Assembly (NCBI GenBank): GCA_951406725.2
Contig: OX597818.1
Location: 129,208,001-129,272,000, forward strand
Source of the DNA: Octopus vulgaris
Lineage: Eukaryota
Direction of reading: 5' to 3'
Length of the DNA: 64,000 nucleotides
Of this stretch, positions 63,771 to 64,000 are shown one piece after another. The notes under the pieces are model-generated. The model did not search any database. It saw only the letters and a list, made by a program, of their open reading frames with translations, and was not told the origin of the DNA. A program made the translations under genes and the position numbers. Positions within the stretch are counted from its first letter, which is position 1. The number at the start of each line of letters is the position of its first letter.

Positions 63771-64000
63771 ACACACACACACACTTAGAAAATGGGCATT
63801 GGTCAGTCCAAGATTTGGTAGAAAACACTTGCTCAAGATATGCTGTATGGTAGGATTGAACCTTGAATCAAGAGGTTGTAAAGTGAATTGTTTAACCACA
63901 CAGCCATGCCTGAAGCACCCATATTGACTTATTTAAAGAAAATTGTTTGACCACATAGCGTTACCATTTAGTCTCTCTTCAGAATCCTATTTATTCCTTG

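Overview
AT-rich, microsatellite-saturated animal DNA with no recognisable intact protein-coding gene. The tRNA-derived SINE families, RTE/Dong/CR1 LINE relics and microsatellite load look like an Octopus (coleoid cephalopod) intron or intergenic region; this is recognition from memory, not a database result. Nearly all listed ORFs are translations of simple repeats or SINEs. Supported content: about 20 copies of one tRNA-SINE (family A), a second SINE (family B) that occurs as TSD-flanked dimers and a tetramer, RTE, Dong/R4 and CR1-type LINE 3' ends, mariner/Tc1 relics, hAT and piggyBac-type MITEs, a Helitron and a Helentron-type element. The main hidden signal is a set of hammerhead ribozyme (HHR) motifs in several sequence-unrelated, non-coding, Penelope-like/retrozyme-type elements. 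These are one complete type I HHR (5287-5348, minus), minimal HHRs with a palindromic helix III (3313, 5692, 16059, 47009, 51538; two with a CCGA core) and long fold-back insertions whose turning points fall on an HHR (25.8, 47.0, 53.9 kb). A ~210-bp CpG-rich, hairpin-rich island (33255-33465) that replaces part of a mariner relic is unexplained. Coordinates were read by eye and may be off by a few bases.
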